From assembly GCA_016931255.1 (NCBI GenBank), contig JAFGFG010000009.1, positions 164,661 to 228,660 of the forward strand: a stretch of 64,000 nucleotides of DNA, given 5' to 3'. The DNA is from Candidatus Aenigmatarchaeota archaeon (GTDB lineage: Archaea > Aenigmatarchaeota > Aenigmatarchaeia > QMZP01 > JAFGSV01). Below the pieces are notes generated by a model. It worked only from the letters and a program-made list of their open reading frames with translations. It did no database searches and had not been told where the DNA came from. Shown here piece after piece: positions 27,150-37,713 of the stretch (its first letter is position 1; each line of letters opens with the position of its first letter). Made by a program: the position numbers and the translations under genes.

Positions 27150-29624
27150 TTAACGTCTCCCTTTCCTGATGAAATTGGACAGGGAAGACTGCGTGTCCCC
27201 GTCTGTTATTATGTCCTCTTCTGTGTATCCCAATGCCGCGAGAACCCTGAGTGCTGTCGGCACCACCTGATTGTTTATGTAGTAGTCGGGGTCATAATTC
27301 GTGGCATCTTCAGCTGGCTCAGCCCTTTCGGATATCGAGCCGCTGCCCTTCGTTATCACGTAGGATATCATCGAGCCCTGCGCCACAGGCCTGCCCCTTG
27401 AAAGCGCCTTCCGCGCTGCTGCTATGTGCGGGCCTGTCTGTTCATAGTCCTTGAGGGGCCTTGTGAGCTGCGTGTGTATTATCATCTTCTCCATTGGCAC
27501 GGCCTCCTTCTGTATCCGGTTTATGGCTCTTCTTGCAATAGACAGCGCCTCATCCTCTGAATCATCCCTCAGTATGGCCATGAGAATCTTCTCCTGTGTC
27601 TCCCTTGCGATCGGGGACCAGTCCCTCCTGACTATCTCGAAGCCCCTTATGACCATTTCATCGTTCCTGTCCACGAGCGCGTACCTCTTCTTGGCTGCAA
27701 GCCCTGTCTTGGCAGGCACGAATATACCCGCCCTGTATATGCCCTGGAACTCCAGCTCCATCGCGCCCGGAAGGGTCTTGTTGACGCCATCTAGTAGCTC
27801 TAGTGCACTCTTCTTGGACCTGAGCTTGACAAAAAGCGAATCAGTATCCCCGTAAATCACTTCGTATCCGAGGTTCTCCACCCTTCTCATGACCCTCTGT
27901 ATGTAGTACCTGCCCCAGGCGGTTATGCTCTGGGCGCATACCCTTGAGTACCAGCGGGAGCCTGCGTACCCGTAGTATCCGTAGCTTGCATTGGCAAGTA
28001 TCTTGAGCGCGTACTGGCGGTTGTAAATGGATCTGTACTCCTCGCTGTCCCTGCTTTTTTTCATGAGTTCGGCTTTCAGCTCCCTTCTCTTCTCCACTAT
28101 GTCTTTCAGCGTCCTCGATACGAATCCTGCATGCGTCTTGCAGAAAAAGTATTCCTTTCCGGGAACCTTATGCACAGGCCCGTCATCTGACCCGTTGCAG
28201 CAGTGGCAGTTGAGGGTTTCCGGCGATATGTTGTGGGTTATGGTTATGCTCGGGTAAAGGCTCATGAAGTCGAACAGCGCTATGTTCTTGTGTATCCCCT
28301 CCTTTGGCGGGAAGACGTATCCGCCCTCGTAGGACGCGGCCTTTCTCCTTATTTGTATGACATCGTAATTAGGCCTCTCGGGTATCAGCTCTCCCGCCTT
28401 TCTTGTCTCCCTCATGAGCATCCATTCAACCAGCTGGGAGTATGTCATCCTGTTTATGTCGAACAGTCCCTGGCCGACTATCCTGCACAGCTCAGCCATC
28501 TGTGGTATGAATGTCTTCGTCAGCGAAAGCGTCAGTTCGGAATCGGTCATGCAGTACTTGACAATCCTTTCAAGCCCACTGGATTCCTCCCAGGCCTTCT
28601 GGAGGTCGTCCCATTCCATCTTGCGTTTCCCCCTTCCTATGATTTCCCGGGAGACGCTGTCAAGGCTCTTGGAATCGGATGAAAGCGTGTCAGAGAGTAT
28701 GTTGTCGACGAATTCGTATGCATCCACGTGAACCCTTCCCTCAATCCATGCCGCATAGAACCTTCCCCTCTTCTTCAGCATAGCGTGCTTGTCAGTCCTT
28801 CCGAGCACGAGCCCGATCTTGTGCTTCGCTGACCTGTCGATAAGGTGCTTGAAATCGAACCGGTCACCGTTGTATGTTGTTATGATATCCGGGTCCCTTG
28901 CCCTGACAATCTCCATGAGCCTTACGATGAGAGCCTTCTCGTCGCTGACCACCTCAAGGAAACCAACATCAGCTTTCTTGTAGCTTATGACCTTCCTAAA
29001 TCCGCGGTTGTCCTTGACGGAAACCATGATTATCTTCTCCTCATCGTTTTCCTCAACAAGCTCTATGTCCATTGCCATTATGCTGAGCCTTGGGAGTTCT
29101 GTGTCTTCGCATGGAGTTATGCTGCTTGAAGAAATTATTGCATAGCTGCCGTCTGTTGATGAGACACCTTCAACTTCGACCCATGACATCGGCCTTACCT
29201 GCCTCTCCAGAAGATACCTCCTGTAGAATGTTAACGACTGCTCGTGCATGGCCTTCACCTCCATCCAGTCTTTCAGCTTTTCCCTGAACCTTATGGCATC
29301 AGACGGCCTCGGAAGTTCTATTTTCAGAAGGTTTTTTTCCTTTCCGAAGAATCGTCGTGTTACAGGCCCGACCTTAAGGGGCTTGATACCTTCTATGGAA
29401 AGCTCTGAAACCTTTCTGGAAAGCTCTTCAACATCATCATCTTTCAGCGTGGCCTTGTACTCGATGAAGAAGAACGGATGAAAAGACCTGTCTATGACTA
29501 AAGCTGGTTCACCGCGCTCTGTCTTTCCCCAGAGAAGTATTTCATTACTGTCCTGCCCCCTCTGGCTGACGTCCAGTATGAAGAACTTGAGAGACTCAGG
29601 CATACACTTTAGTTTTGATTCCAT
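27150..29624 (-). CDS. polB: Family B DNA polymerase
   Basis: Exo I MAMDIELVE, Exo II YNGDRFDF, motif A FMSLYPSI, motif B KILANASYGYYGY and motif C YGDTDS are all present. Confidence 0.95.
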   Translation of the reverse strand: MESKLKCMPESLKFFILDVSQRGQDSNEILLWGKTERGEPALVIDRSFHPFFFIEYKATLKDDDVEELSRKVSELSIEGIKPLKVGPVTRRFFGKEKNLLKIELPRPSDAIRFREKLKDWMEVKAMHEQSLTFYRRYLLERQVRPMSWVEVEGVSSTDGSYAIISSSSITPCEDTELPRLSIMAMDIELVEENDEEKIIMVSVKDNRGFRKVISYKKADVGFLEVVSDEKALIVRLMEIVRARDPDIITTYNGDRFDFKHLIDRSAKHKIGLVLGRTDKHAMLKKRGRFYAAWIEGRVHVDAYEFVDNILSDTLSSDSKSLDSVSREIIGRGKRKMEWDDLQKAWEESSGLERIVKYCMTDSELTLSLTKTFIPQMAELCRIVGQGLFDINRMTYSQLVEWMLMRETRKAGELIPERPNYDVIQIRRKAASYEGGYVFPPKEGIHKNIALFDFMSLYPSITITHNISPETLNCHCCNGSDDGPVHKVPGKEYFFCKTHAGFVSRTLKDIVEKRRELKAELMKKSRDSEEYRSIYNRQYALKILANASYGYYGYAGSRWYSRVCAQSITAWGRYYIQRVMRRVENLGYEVIYGDTDSLFVKLRSKKSALELLDGVNKTLPGAMELEFQGIYRAGIFVPAKTGLAAKKRYALVDRNDEMVIRGFEIVRRDWSPIARETQEKILMAILRDDSEDEALSIARRAINRIQKEAVPMEKMIIHTQLTRPLKDYEQTGPHIAAARKALSRGRPVAQGSMISYVITKGSGSISERAEPAEDATNYDPDYYINNQVVPTALRVLAALGYTEEDIITDGDTQSSLSNFIRKGRR

Positions 29625-29633
29625 GATTTAAAA

Positions 29634-30425
29634 TTAACTGCCGAGCGCAGCGCCTATTGCCGCGCAGTACTCCGCGTTCTTAGGAACAGTGGCCATCCCG
29701 CCCATAAGTTTGACTGTTTCCGTTACAGTCTTCTTTACAATGCCGTTCATGGCAACCCTTCCGCAGACCAGTATGTTCTTCTCCTGGCTGACAGACTTTG
29801 CAGCGAAATATGCCATCACTCCGATGGTCTCGCCTGCCATCTTCAGCAGGCTGTGCGCTATCTCGGACTTGGGCGGTTTCCTTCCGACAGAACCGAAATT
29901 GGACGCTGTCGCATCACCCGGAATCCTGCCGACACCCGAGCCCACAATGTCCTTTACAGTCAGGTCAAGCCTGCCGTAGCCTTTCTTTGACATCTTCTCG
30001 GTCTGTGTTATGCTGCTGCTGAGGAGCAGTTGTGAAAGTCCCTGGAGAGTGCCGCCTCCCATGCCTGTTCCTCCCACATGCACAGACCTGCTGTTCTTGA
30101 CTGAAACGAATGCAGTGCCGGTTCCTATGCTTACGGTGAATATGTTCTTCTTCCCGGACAAGAACATTCCCCCTTTTCCGATGGCCTTTATCTCACTCAT
30201 GATTGCAAAAGGTTCGCCGATGTCCTTTCGTGTGACTTTTCTGGACCCACCTCCTGTGAAAACAAGCCTGTATTTTTTTCCATTAGCCTTCCTGACAAGA
30301 TAATCATGGCATTTCCTTACATGCTTCAATTCATTGCCCTTGACTGATATGCCTGCAACCAGCTTCTTCCTGTCGAAAAGAACCCCATGGGTGTTGGTCC
30401 CGCCTATATCTATTCCCACTATCAT
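29634..30425 (-). CDS. ASKHA-superfamily kinase resembling type II pantothenate kinase (Fumble-like)
   Basis: The motifs MIVGIDIGGTNT (phosphate-1), RLVFTGGGSRKV and VGGTGMGGGTLQGL match. It is 263 aa. Confidence 0.45.
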   Translation of the reverse strand: MIVGIDIGGTNTHGVLFDRKKLVAGISVKGNELKHVRKCHDYLVRKANGKKYRLVFTGGGSRKVTRKDIGEPFAIMSEIKAIGKGGMFLSGKKNIFTVSIGTGTAFVSVKNSRSVHVGGTGMGGGTLQGLSQLLLSSSITQTEKMSKKGYGRLDLTVKDIVGSGVGRIPGDATASNFGSVGRKPPKSEIAHSLLKMAGETIGVMAYFAAKSVSQEKNILVCGRVAMNGIVKKTVTETVKLMGGMATVPKNAEYCAAIGAALGS

Positions 30426-32164
30426 TTCATCAGCCTCTTCCTCGTTGCAACTGAAAGCAGAAGCACTGCTGCGAACAGCGCAAAGAGCGCAGCTGCTGCA
30501 ACTGTGAAGTCAGCTCCTGCCACGAACAGCGCCTTATGCCCGAGCCCTGCAATGCCTTCGCCGCCCATTATCCCTGCTGCTGTTATTATACCGACTGCAG
30601 TGAATATGCTTGCATTCCTCCTGTCCGTGATGTACCTGGCGATACCCCCTATCGCAAGGAGTATTCCCAACAGTGTTCCGAGGAACAGCCCTATTCCGAA
30701 TACCATGGGCATCACAGGCGCCTTCCTCCTTGAAATCGTCTCAGCGACTATCCATGCAAATGCTATGATGAATCCTGTATAGAATGCCCAGGGCTGTGCG
30801 AATCCGAATATGGAGCCAGCCACCATCTGGGCCTGGGGAGCAGGCATCGCCGCTGTGAAGAATTCCGAGCTGTAAACATCCGTTATCATTCCCAGGACAA
30901 AAGGTGCCAGAAGGCCGGCCACTATGACAGCTATGAGGTCAACGCGTATTATGTCACTGGCCCTTGTGCCGAGTATCTTTGCGGACTTGTAATCATGGCC
31001 TATGTCACCAGCGATAGCTGATGCTATGGAAACGAATACCACTATGAGGAATGCTGAAAGGTAGTCGAGCTGCATGCCTATGAGCGCAAAGAAGCCGATT
31101 GCGACCAATCCTATGATAATCCCGAACTGCTCAAGCGGGTCTATGTCAGTCTCACCTGTCATCATGGATGTCACGCTGACCATCACCCATACGCCAAGCA
31201 CTGCTATCAGAGCACCAAGGGGGTGTATCCCTGCAAGTGACAATATCACGAAAGCTGCCACTGAGAATAGCGGAGTGTATCTCGTGTACCACTTACTGTT
31301 CTTCCTTGAGAACAGCGGACTGAATATCCTTCTGGCCCTCGGAAGCACGTATGAAGCGAAGAAACCTATGCCGGCGCCTATGACCATGCCCATGCCGGCA
31401 TTCTGCATCATGCTTGCGCCCACATCAGGTGCGGCGTATCCAAGTCCTGCAAGTAATGGTATCAGTACGAACCATCCAAGAGCAGAGCCGCCGAACCAAG
31501 AGTTCACAGCAGCCTTCGGGCCGAGGAGATATCCTATACCTACAGCCAGCGGCATCGGATAAAGAGCAAGAGTGAGCCCTATCTCAGGTGCAATCGGGAA
31601 GGAACATCCGGCAGGGAAGTACAGCTCGCGCAGCAGAACGAATATGCCTGTCAGCGAGAGCGCGACTGCCAGGAAGAAAGTCCCCCTTCCCATGCTGCTC
31701 TCGGCCTTTATGACCTCTGCACCTGCTGTTCCGCTGGGATAAGGAAGGTTCTCATCGTCCACGAAGACACGCCTCATGGGAACTGAAAGCAGTACGCCAA
31801 GCACGCCTGCGGTGACGCACACCGCTGCCAGAGAAAGCGCTCCGGGCATGGATACAGGAACACCTTGGCTCTGGAGGTAAAGTATTCCGGGTATTGTGAA
31901 CACAACTCCTGAAGCCATGAGGCCGCCGATGGTGCCGCCGGCCTGTGCTACATTAATCTCATGCCTGCCGGTCTTTTTTCCGAATTTCGAAAACAGCTGG
32001 AGGAGCGTTCCTGCTGCAACAGCACTGAATATTATAGGCCATGGCAGCGCCCCCATCTTCAGGGCTATGTAGCTTGAGATGACGAGAAGGAATACCGTAA
32101 GCATGACAGCAACAGAAACAGACCTCAATGTGAATCCTGAATCACCGGTTTCCTCTGGTTGCAT
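30422..32164 (-). CDS. OPT-family oligopeptide transporter
   Basis: About 16 TM helices, an N-terminus MGALPWPIIFSAV and Gly-rich helices typical of the OPT superfamily. Confidence 0.55.
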   Translation of the reverse strand: MQPEETGDSGFTLRSVSVAVMLTVFLLVISSYIALKMGALPWPIIFSAVAAGTLLQLFSKFGKKTGRHEINVAQAGGTIGGLMASGVVFTIPGILYLQSQGVPVSMPGALSLAAVCVTAGVLGVLLSVPMRRVFVDDENLPYPSGTAGAEVIKAESSMGRGTFFLAVALSLTGIFVLLRELYFPAGCSFPIAPEIGLTLALYPMPLAVGIGYLLGPKAAVNSWFGGSALGWFVLIPLLAGLGYAAPDVGASMMQNAGMGMVIGAGIGFFASYVLPRARRIFSPLFSRKNSKWYTRYTPLFSVAAFVILSLAGIHPLGALIAVLGVWVMVSVTSMMTGETDIDPLEQFGIIIGLVAIGFFALIGMQLDYLSAFLIVVFVSIASAIAGDIGHDYKSAKILGTRASDIIRVDLIAVIVAGLLAPFVLGMITDVYSSEFFTAAMPAPQAQMVAGSIFGFAQPWAFYTGFIIAFAWIVAETISRRKAPVMPMVFGIGLFLGTLLGILLAIGGIARYITDRRNASIFTAVGIITAAGIMGGEGIAGLGHKALFVAGADFTVAAAALFALFAAVLLLSVATRKRLMK

Positions 32165-32232
32165 GATAACACCAATATTACCTAAGTCAGTCCTGAATCC
32201 TTAAATATGTTAGTTAATCTACTCGTTGATTG

Positions 32233-33429
32233 TCATGGTTTCAGCCACTCTATCTCGTAGTAGTCGTACTCGGAATCCCTGAGCCTTATCTTGTTGAGGG
32301 CGTAATATGTTATAGCAGTTTCACGGTCTGTTATCGAGAGTATGAGGTTCATTCCCATTACAGCGGATTTTGCAAGGAGTGATGCCAGTTCAACGCCTCC
32401 TATGTGCTCCTCCTCGCTCATTGCAGCAAGAAGGTATCTCGGCCTGTCCTTTGGCGGTGCTTCCCTTATCCAGTCCTTTCCCCTCTTCTTCCTCCTGTAA
32501 GCAGCGAAATCAGCAGGATAGTCCATGAAATCCTTCTTTGTTATCTTCGGGACACCCAGTATGAATGTCTTCTTGACGCCGTGAGCGACCCTGACAGCCC
32601 TAGCCCACTCCGAGACCAGCAGCTTCTCCTCTTTCGGGAATATGTGCAGCACATGCTTTGAGTGCACCCACTTTCCGTCGCCTGTCTCCCTGAGCGGCGA
32701 TGCATCAGGGAAGTATATCCTGAAATGCGTCCCGAACTTGAAACCTGTCTTCACTATGTATCCGCGCAGCCTCCAGTCCTCGTAAGCCTGGTACATGGCT
32801 TTGGCGAACTCCCTTCTCTTTGATATTTCATCCATTATCTTTCCGGATGTCGTGGCCTTTCCGGTCTTTGCATCAACGACCTTGAATCCGAAGCGCTTCG
32901 ACAGCAGCATGACCTCGAAGAAGTTCAGCTTGAGTATGCTTCCCCTCTCCTGCTTGTATACCCCTATCTGGCCGAGCCACCAGTCCTTGTAAAGCTCGAT
33001 ACCCGCCTTGTCATCGAAGACACCCATCGCGGATTCGGAATCCCATATGATTTTTGCTGCTGACTTCCTGATTTTCATTACATTCTCAGGGTATTTCTTT
33101 ACATGGCTCTCCCGGCTGCTTCCGCCTTTCGTGTATTCGTCCACCCTCTTGACTATGAGTCCGCGGTCCCTCCAGTCCCTGTAGGCGTTGTACTTTATCA
33201 TGAGCCTTGTGTCTTTTGAGGCGTAGGCGATAACGATATCCCCGAATCCCATTACAGCCTTTCCGTGCTTTATCTTCCCGTTCATAAGGTCGATTATGTA
33301 AAGCGCTTCCTCCGGATTGAGCCAGAGCTTGTCAGAGACCTGCTCGCCAAAAGAATTATTCCTGAGCCTGTCCGCATCCTCCTTCTCTGCCCATAGTCCC
33401 TTCTTGGGGTCGTAATTGATTTCTATCAT
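32233..33429 (-). CDS. endA: tRNA-splicing endonuclease, long two-repeat form
   Basis: The C-terminal catalytic unit LRGYIVKTGFKFGTHFRIY...HSKHV matches the EndA catalytic motif, and a degenerate N-terminal repeat is present (YRDWRDRGLIVKRVDEY). Confidence 0.8.
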   Translation of the reverse strand: MIEINYDPKKGLWAEKEDADRLRNNSFGEQVSDKLWLNPEEALYIIDLMNGKIKHGKAVMGFGDIVIAYASKDTRLMIKYNAYRDWRDRGLIVKRVDEYTKGGSSRESHVKKYPENVMKIRKSAAKIIWDSESAMGVFDDKAGIELYKDWWLGQIGVYKQERGSILKLNFFEVMLLSKRFGFKVVDAKTGKATTSGKIMDEISKRREFAKAMYQAYEDWRLRGYIVKTGFKFGTHFRIYFPDASPLRETGDGKWVHSKHVLHIFPKEEKLLVSEWARAVRVAHGVKKTFILGVPKITKKDFMDYPADFAAYRRKKRGKDWIREAPPKDRPRYLLAAMSEEEHIGGVELASLLAKSAVMGMNLILSITDRETAITYYALNKIRLRDSEYDYYEIEWLKP

Positions 33430-34247
33430 GCGAATGCATCTTCTATGACCGAGAGCTTGTCGCCGCTCTGGTCGAATGTGTATATCATCACTCCGTCTGT
33501 ATGTTGCTTCGCAAGGTTTAAAAGCTCCCCTATGTATTCGGGCGTTGTCGGAAACTGGGAAGAAGCAGGCGTCGCATAAACACCTATGACTATCATGCCT
33601 TTATACTTTTTACGGACATCTTCCACCATTCCTGTGAAAAAGTCAGCTTCGCTTGCGCCAGCTTCAGGGAAATGCGTGTAGTAAAGCTGTATGCCGTCGA
33701 AATACTGCTTCCTGTCAGCGAATTCAGCTGACATGACGTTATTGTAGTATACGACAGGAATGAATTTCAGCTCCGAATGCTCTTTCCCGGCCTCGGTTAT
33801 GCTCTTCAGGTAGGCGGGCGTGAAATACCTGTAGTCAAGGAGGACATTGTCCAGGCTCCATGCCTTCAGCGCGGGGTATTCCTCTGAGAGAGAAGACAGC
33901 CTCCTTGCTATCCCTATGTAGTCTGTGAAGCTATTGTTGTTCCTGTTGGCGTCTGAAAGCTCTGAAGGAGGCAGTATGGTGACCCAGACATCCACGCCTA
34001 TCCGTTCAGCCTCAGGAAGGAATTCCTCAAGCACCGGTATGTCCCTCTCAGGGCTCTGCACAAGGAAATTGTATGTATTCGCATTCCTTTTCGAAAGCAT
34101 CTGCGCCAGCTTCCCGGTGTCAGGCTTTCCGTCTGTACTGGGAAGCGCATCGTAATATCCTTTCACGAATGGGCCTGCATGCAGCTGCAATGCGACCAAA
34201 GCCAGCAGCACTGCGACGACAGGCACTGCGAGAAATTTCCTTTTCAT
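33426..34247 (-). CDS. Secreted protein, possible TIM-barrel glycoside-hydrolase-like
   Basis: A Sec signal peptide (LALVALQLHAGP) is followed by alternating beta/alpha-like segments. No definite catalytic motif was found. Confidence 0.3.
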   Translation of the reverse strand: MKRKFLAVPVVAVLLALVALQLHAGPFVKGYYDALPSTDGKPDTGKLAQMLSKRNANTYNFLVQSPERDIPVLEEFLPEAERIGVDVWVTILPPSELSDANRNNNSFTDYIGIARRLSSLSEEYPALKAWSLDNVLLDYRYFTPAYLKSITEAGKEHSELKFIPVVYYNNVMSAEFADRKQYFDGIQLYYTHFPEAGASEADFFTGMVEDVRKKYKGMIVIGVYATPASSQFPTTPEYIGELLNLAKQHTDGVMIYTFDQSGDKLSVIEDAFA

Positions 34248-34286
34248 CTTTAAAATAGGCTGTGGTAAATTAAATTAGGTGCTTTT

Positions 34287-34697
34287 ATGGACCTTGTGAT
34301 TTACACGGACGGCGGCTCAAGGGGAAACCCAGGGCCGGCTGCATTCGCGCTCCTGATATACGACATTAAAGGCAAGCTTCTGGAAAGCCACAGCGAGTAC
34401 ATAGGCGAGAACACGAACAATGTGGCTGAATACAGGGGCATGCTGAAGGCGCTCAAGATGGCGAAAAAGCACGGTGACGGGAATGTCACGTGCACGATGG
34501 ACAGCGAGCTTGCTGTCATGCAGCTTTCCGGAAAGTACAAGGTGAAGAAGCCGCACCTGAAGGAACTTTATGAAATGGTCAAGGCAGAGGAGAAGAACTT
34601 CAGGTCTGTGAAGTATGAACATGTCAAACGGGAAAACCAGTACATAACATGCGCAGATGCCATGCTCAACAGGACACTGGACAGGGTGAAAAAATGA
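34287..34697 (+). CDS. rnhA: Ribonuclease HI
   Basis: It has YTDGGSRGNPGPAA, NNVAEY and DSELAV with the catalytic D/E/D residues. Confidence 0.85.
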   Translation: MDLVIYTDGGSRGNPGPAAFALLIYDIKGKLLESHSEYIGENTNNVAEYRGMLKALKMAKKHGDGNVTCTMDSELAVMQLSGKYKVKKPHLKELYEMVKAEEKNFRSVKYEHVKRENQYITCADAMLNRTLDRVKK

Positions 34698-35524
34698 ACA
34701 TGAAGGATGTCCTGAAAGGCAAGCTTTCTGAAGAAGAACTTTCAAAGGTCCCGCGGGCATTCGATATCGTTGGTGACATAGCCATAATCGAGATACCATT
34801 CGAGCTCAAGCACAGGAAGATGGATATCGCGGAGGCCCTTCTGAAGGTAAACAAACACGTGAAGACAGTCTGCGACAAGTACGGCGAGCGTTCCGGAGAC
34901 TACAGGCTTAATGAAATCGAGATACTCATCGGCGAAAGCACAGTAACGGAGCACAAGGAAAACAACTGCAGGTTCAGAGTCGACCTGAGCAAGGCGTATT
35001 TCTCTGCAAGGGAGTCCACTGAAAGGCTGAGGATAGGCCGGATGATAAAGCCCGGAGAGAATGTCCTGGTGATGTTCAGCGGCGTGTGCCCCTCGCCGAT
35101 AACCTATGCGAGGATGCAGAAGAAGATAGGCAGCGCGTACGGGGTTGAGCTGAATCCGGACGCCCACACATATGCTGAAGAGAATGTCAGGCTGAACAAG
35201 GTCGAAGGGAAAGTCATACCTATATGCGGGAATGTAAGGGAAGCATGCCCCAAACTCGGAAAGAAGTTCGACAGGATAACCATGCCGCTTCCAAAAGGCG
35301 CATACGAGTTTCTGGACACTGTATTTGAAGTGGCTGCCAGGGGTTGCGTCGTCCATTTCTACTACTACGACCGTCAGGATGCTCTTTACGGGAAAGCGCT
35401 GGAATATGTTAAAAACGCGGCCAAGAAAGCCAAGAGAAAAATAAAAATATTGGACAAGCGAAAAGTGCTTCCTTACGGCCCGAGAATCTGGAAGGTATGC
35501 GTGGAGTTCAGGGTTCTTGACTGA
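34694..35524 (+). CDS. trm5: tRNA (m1G37) methyltransferase, Trm5/Taw2 family. The start is re-set to the ATG that overlaps the rnhA stop (ATGA)
   Basis: The archaeal Trm5/TYW2 N-terminal motif AFDIVGDIAIIEIP is present, followed by a class-I SAM-MTase fold. Confidence 0.7.
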   Translation: MNMKDVLKGKLSEEELSKVPRAFDIVGDIAIIEIPFELKHRKMDIAEALLKVNKHVKTVCDKYGERSGDYRLNEIEILIGESTVTEHKENNCRFRVDLSKAYFSARESTERLRIGRMIKPGENVLVMFSGVCPSPITYARMQKKIGSAYGVELNPDAHTYAEENVRLNKVEGKVIPICGNVREACPKLGKKFDRITMPLPKGAYEFLDTVFEVAARGCVVHFYYYDRQDALYGKALEYVKNAAKKAKRKIKILDKRKVLPYGPRIWKVCVEFRVLD

Positions 35525-35531
35525 TTCAGTT

Positions 35532-35963
35532 CTATTTGTGATACGAGAAAATCTCTTCCGGTGTTATGTATTTTGTTCTCGTGAGATTTGCACTGTAAGC
35601 GCTTGAAGCAGGACTCCTGTTCAGGTCGATCATGTTTCCGCACGGATTATATGCATCTATCCACTGAACATTGTCGCTGTCTGTACCCATGTCAGGAATA
35701 AAAATTGATTCATTTTCCCTGCTGACTCTAAGCTTGTTACCGTCAGGAAGCTCCAGAATGTCGCCCTTATCCATCTTGCTCAGATAAGGCTTAAGATTTC
35801 CGTTGAAATCCTCAGGTAGGATTATCTCATTCCTTATCTCTGCGTTATCCAGATATTTCGGGCCGTTTGTCTCGCAAGCTGCGTATGTAAGTCCGGCTAA
35901 TGTTGCGATGCCTGCACCCTTCAATATATCCTTTCCTGTTATTTTAATATTCATAATAATCAC
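35532..35963 (-). CDS. Putative secreted lipoprotein
   Basis: A signal peptide is followed by AAC (possible lipobox). No family is recognised. Confidence 0.35.
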   Translation of the reverse strand: MIIMNIKITGKDILKGAGIATLAGLTYAACETNGPKYLDNAEIRNEIILPEDFNGNLKPYLSKMDKGDILELPDGNKLRVSRENESIFIPDMGTDSDNVQWIDAYNPCGNMIDLNRSPASSAYSANLTRTKYITPEEIFSYHK

Positions 35964-36119
35964 TATTCAGTAGTTAATTTAATCCTTTATAAAGGTATCT
36001 GATGTTCTCATGATGCTGGTATTAACAATGAAAACACTGATTTTTAAGCTTTTCCGGGAAACCTTCCGGGGAAAGTACTGCGAAAGCTGGAATAAGGGTT
36101 GGCTACCTGCCTGAAGCCA

Positions 36120-36545
36120 TCATAACGGAATGAATCCGCGTACAATGCCTGTCAGCGTGGGCATGACGTATATGCTCACGAAGTAGCAGACAACGCTCAT
36201 TATCAGAAGAGGCAGAAGCTCCATCTCGCCAAAGAACACCTTCAGGAGACCGAACCACACGAGTACCGGAAGTGCGAACAGGAGTATGCTTCCGAATGGT
36301 ATCATCGCTAGGAATCCTCCGAGCAGTCCCATGATTCCGAAGATGTTTATGAGCGACACTATCAGCGCCACGATGAATGCGTTCTTCGGTGATATGCTCC
36401 CTGACGAGAACTTCTTTGCGAATATCTCCACAATAATCAGTATGACAATGCCGCCGACTATCGTGGAAAGTATCACCCCGATAACAAGACCCACCGGATT
36501 AGCGAACGAAAGCCCTGCCAGTGCTGATGAAAATGGATCCGCCAT
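36120..36545 (-). CDS. Small integral membrane protein (4 TM)
   Basis: The sequence is strongly hydrophobic. Confidence 0.4.
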   Translation of the reverse strand: MADPFSSALAGLSFANPVGLVIGVILSTIVGGIVILIIVEIFAKKFSSGSISPKNAFIVALIVSLINIFGIMGLLGGFLAMIPFGSILLFALPVLVWFGLLKVFFGEMELLPLLIMSVVCYFVSIYVMPTLTGIVRGFIPL

Positions 36546-36567
36546 AATGAATATTGTCTTTCCACCC

Positions 36568-37713
36568 TTAAATCTGCTTGTGGACTTTTCCTGCGCTGAG
36601 GAAGCTGCCGGGCTTTATCATCGCGCCGGGCATTATGGACGAGTTTATTCCTGTCCTGACATTGTCTCCCATGATGCAGCCGAGCTTCCGCCTGCCTGTG
36701 TCAACGGCCTTCCCTTTTATTTCCATCTTCACTGCACTGTCATCGAACCTGAGATTGGCAATCTTCGTGCCTGCGCCGAAATTGCAGTTCCTTCCTATCA
36801 CGGAATCCCCCACATATGAGAGGTGCGGTATCTTCGTTCCTTCCATGATTATTGAATTCTTGATTTCAACGAAGTTGCCTATGACGGCATTATCGCCTAT
36901 GACAGTATACGGCCTTATGACTGCGTTCTTGATTTCAGCGTTCTTGCCTATTATCACGTTCTTGTCAATCCTTGCAGACCTGTCAATCTTAGCTGCCGGG
37001 TCTATGCGGCCGCCGTGCTTCTTTATCATGTATTCGTTGACCCTGAGAATGTCCCATGGATACGTGATGAACTCGCATACGGATGCCTCGACTGCATGTA
37101 TATCATCCTCCTTTGCAAGGCTGACAATCGCATCGGTTATCTCATATTCGCCTCTCCTTGTCTTGGGCATCTTCATGCCGAATATCTTCCGGTCCAGAAC
37201 GTAAAGCGCAGCATTTGCCAGGCTGCTCTTCGGCTTCGCTGGTTTTTCATCGATATCCTTCAGGAGACCTTTTTCGATTTCGCATATCCCGAATATCTTC
37301 GGATTCTCCACAATCCTTGTGAGAATGGAATAATCATGTTTTATGCATCTCTCGATATCCTTCCTTTCGTAGAGGTTGTCGCCCATCATGAAAATGAACC
37401 TGTCCTTTATCAGTGCCTTCGCCTGAAGGAGCGCATGCCCTGTGCCCAGCTGCTCTTTCTGGACAGCATACGATATCTTCATGCCGAGAAACTCGTTTCC
37501 GAAATGGTTCCTGATAATTTCTTTCCTGTACCCGACTACGAGTATCACTTCATCGACAAGCCCCCTGAGCTTCTCGATGTTATGCTCCAGGATAGGTCTG
37601 TTGGCCACAGGAAGCATTACCTTGGGTACAGTCTCCGTGAGCGGCCGTAACCTTTCTCCTTTCCCTGCGGCCAGTATAACAGCTTGCATTTTATCGACCT
37701 TTATTTCCACCAC
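36568..37713 (-). CDS. glmU: Bifunctional sugar-1-phosphate nucleotidyltransferase / acyltransferase (GlmU-like, archaeal type)
   Basis: An N-terminal NTP-transferase motif [16 protein letters not shown] is followed by C-terminal left-handed beta-helix hexapeptide repeats. It lies in a cluster with glmS. Confidence 0.75.
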   Translation of the reverse strand: MVEIKVDKMQAVILAAGKGERLRPLTETVPKVMLPVANRPILEHNIEKLRGLVDEVILVVGYRKEIIRNHFGNEFLGMKISYAVQKEQLGTGHALLQAKALIKDRFIFMMGDNLYERKDIERCIKHDYSILTRIVENPKIFGICEIEKGLLKDIDEKPAKPKSSLANAALYVLDRKIFGMKMPKTRRGEYEITDAIVSLAKEDDIHAVEASVCEFITYPWDILRVNEYMIKKHGGRIDPAAKIDRSARIDKNVIIGKNAEIKNAVIRPYTVIGDNAVIGNFVEIKNSIIMEGTKIPHLSYVGDSVIGRNCNFGAGTKIANLRFDDSAVKMEIKGKAVDTGRRKLGCIMGDNVRTGINSSIMPGAMIKPGSFLSAGKVHKQI

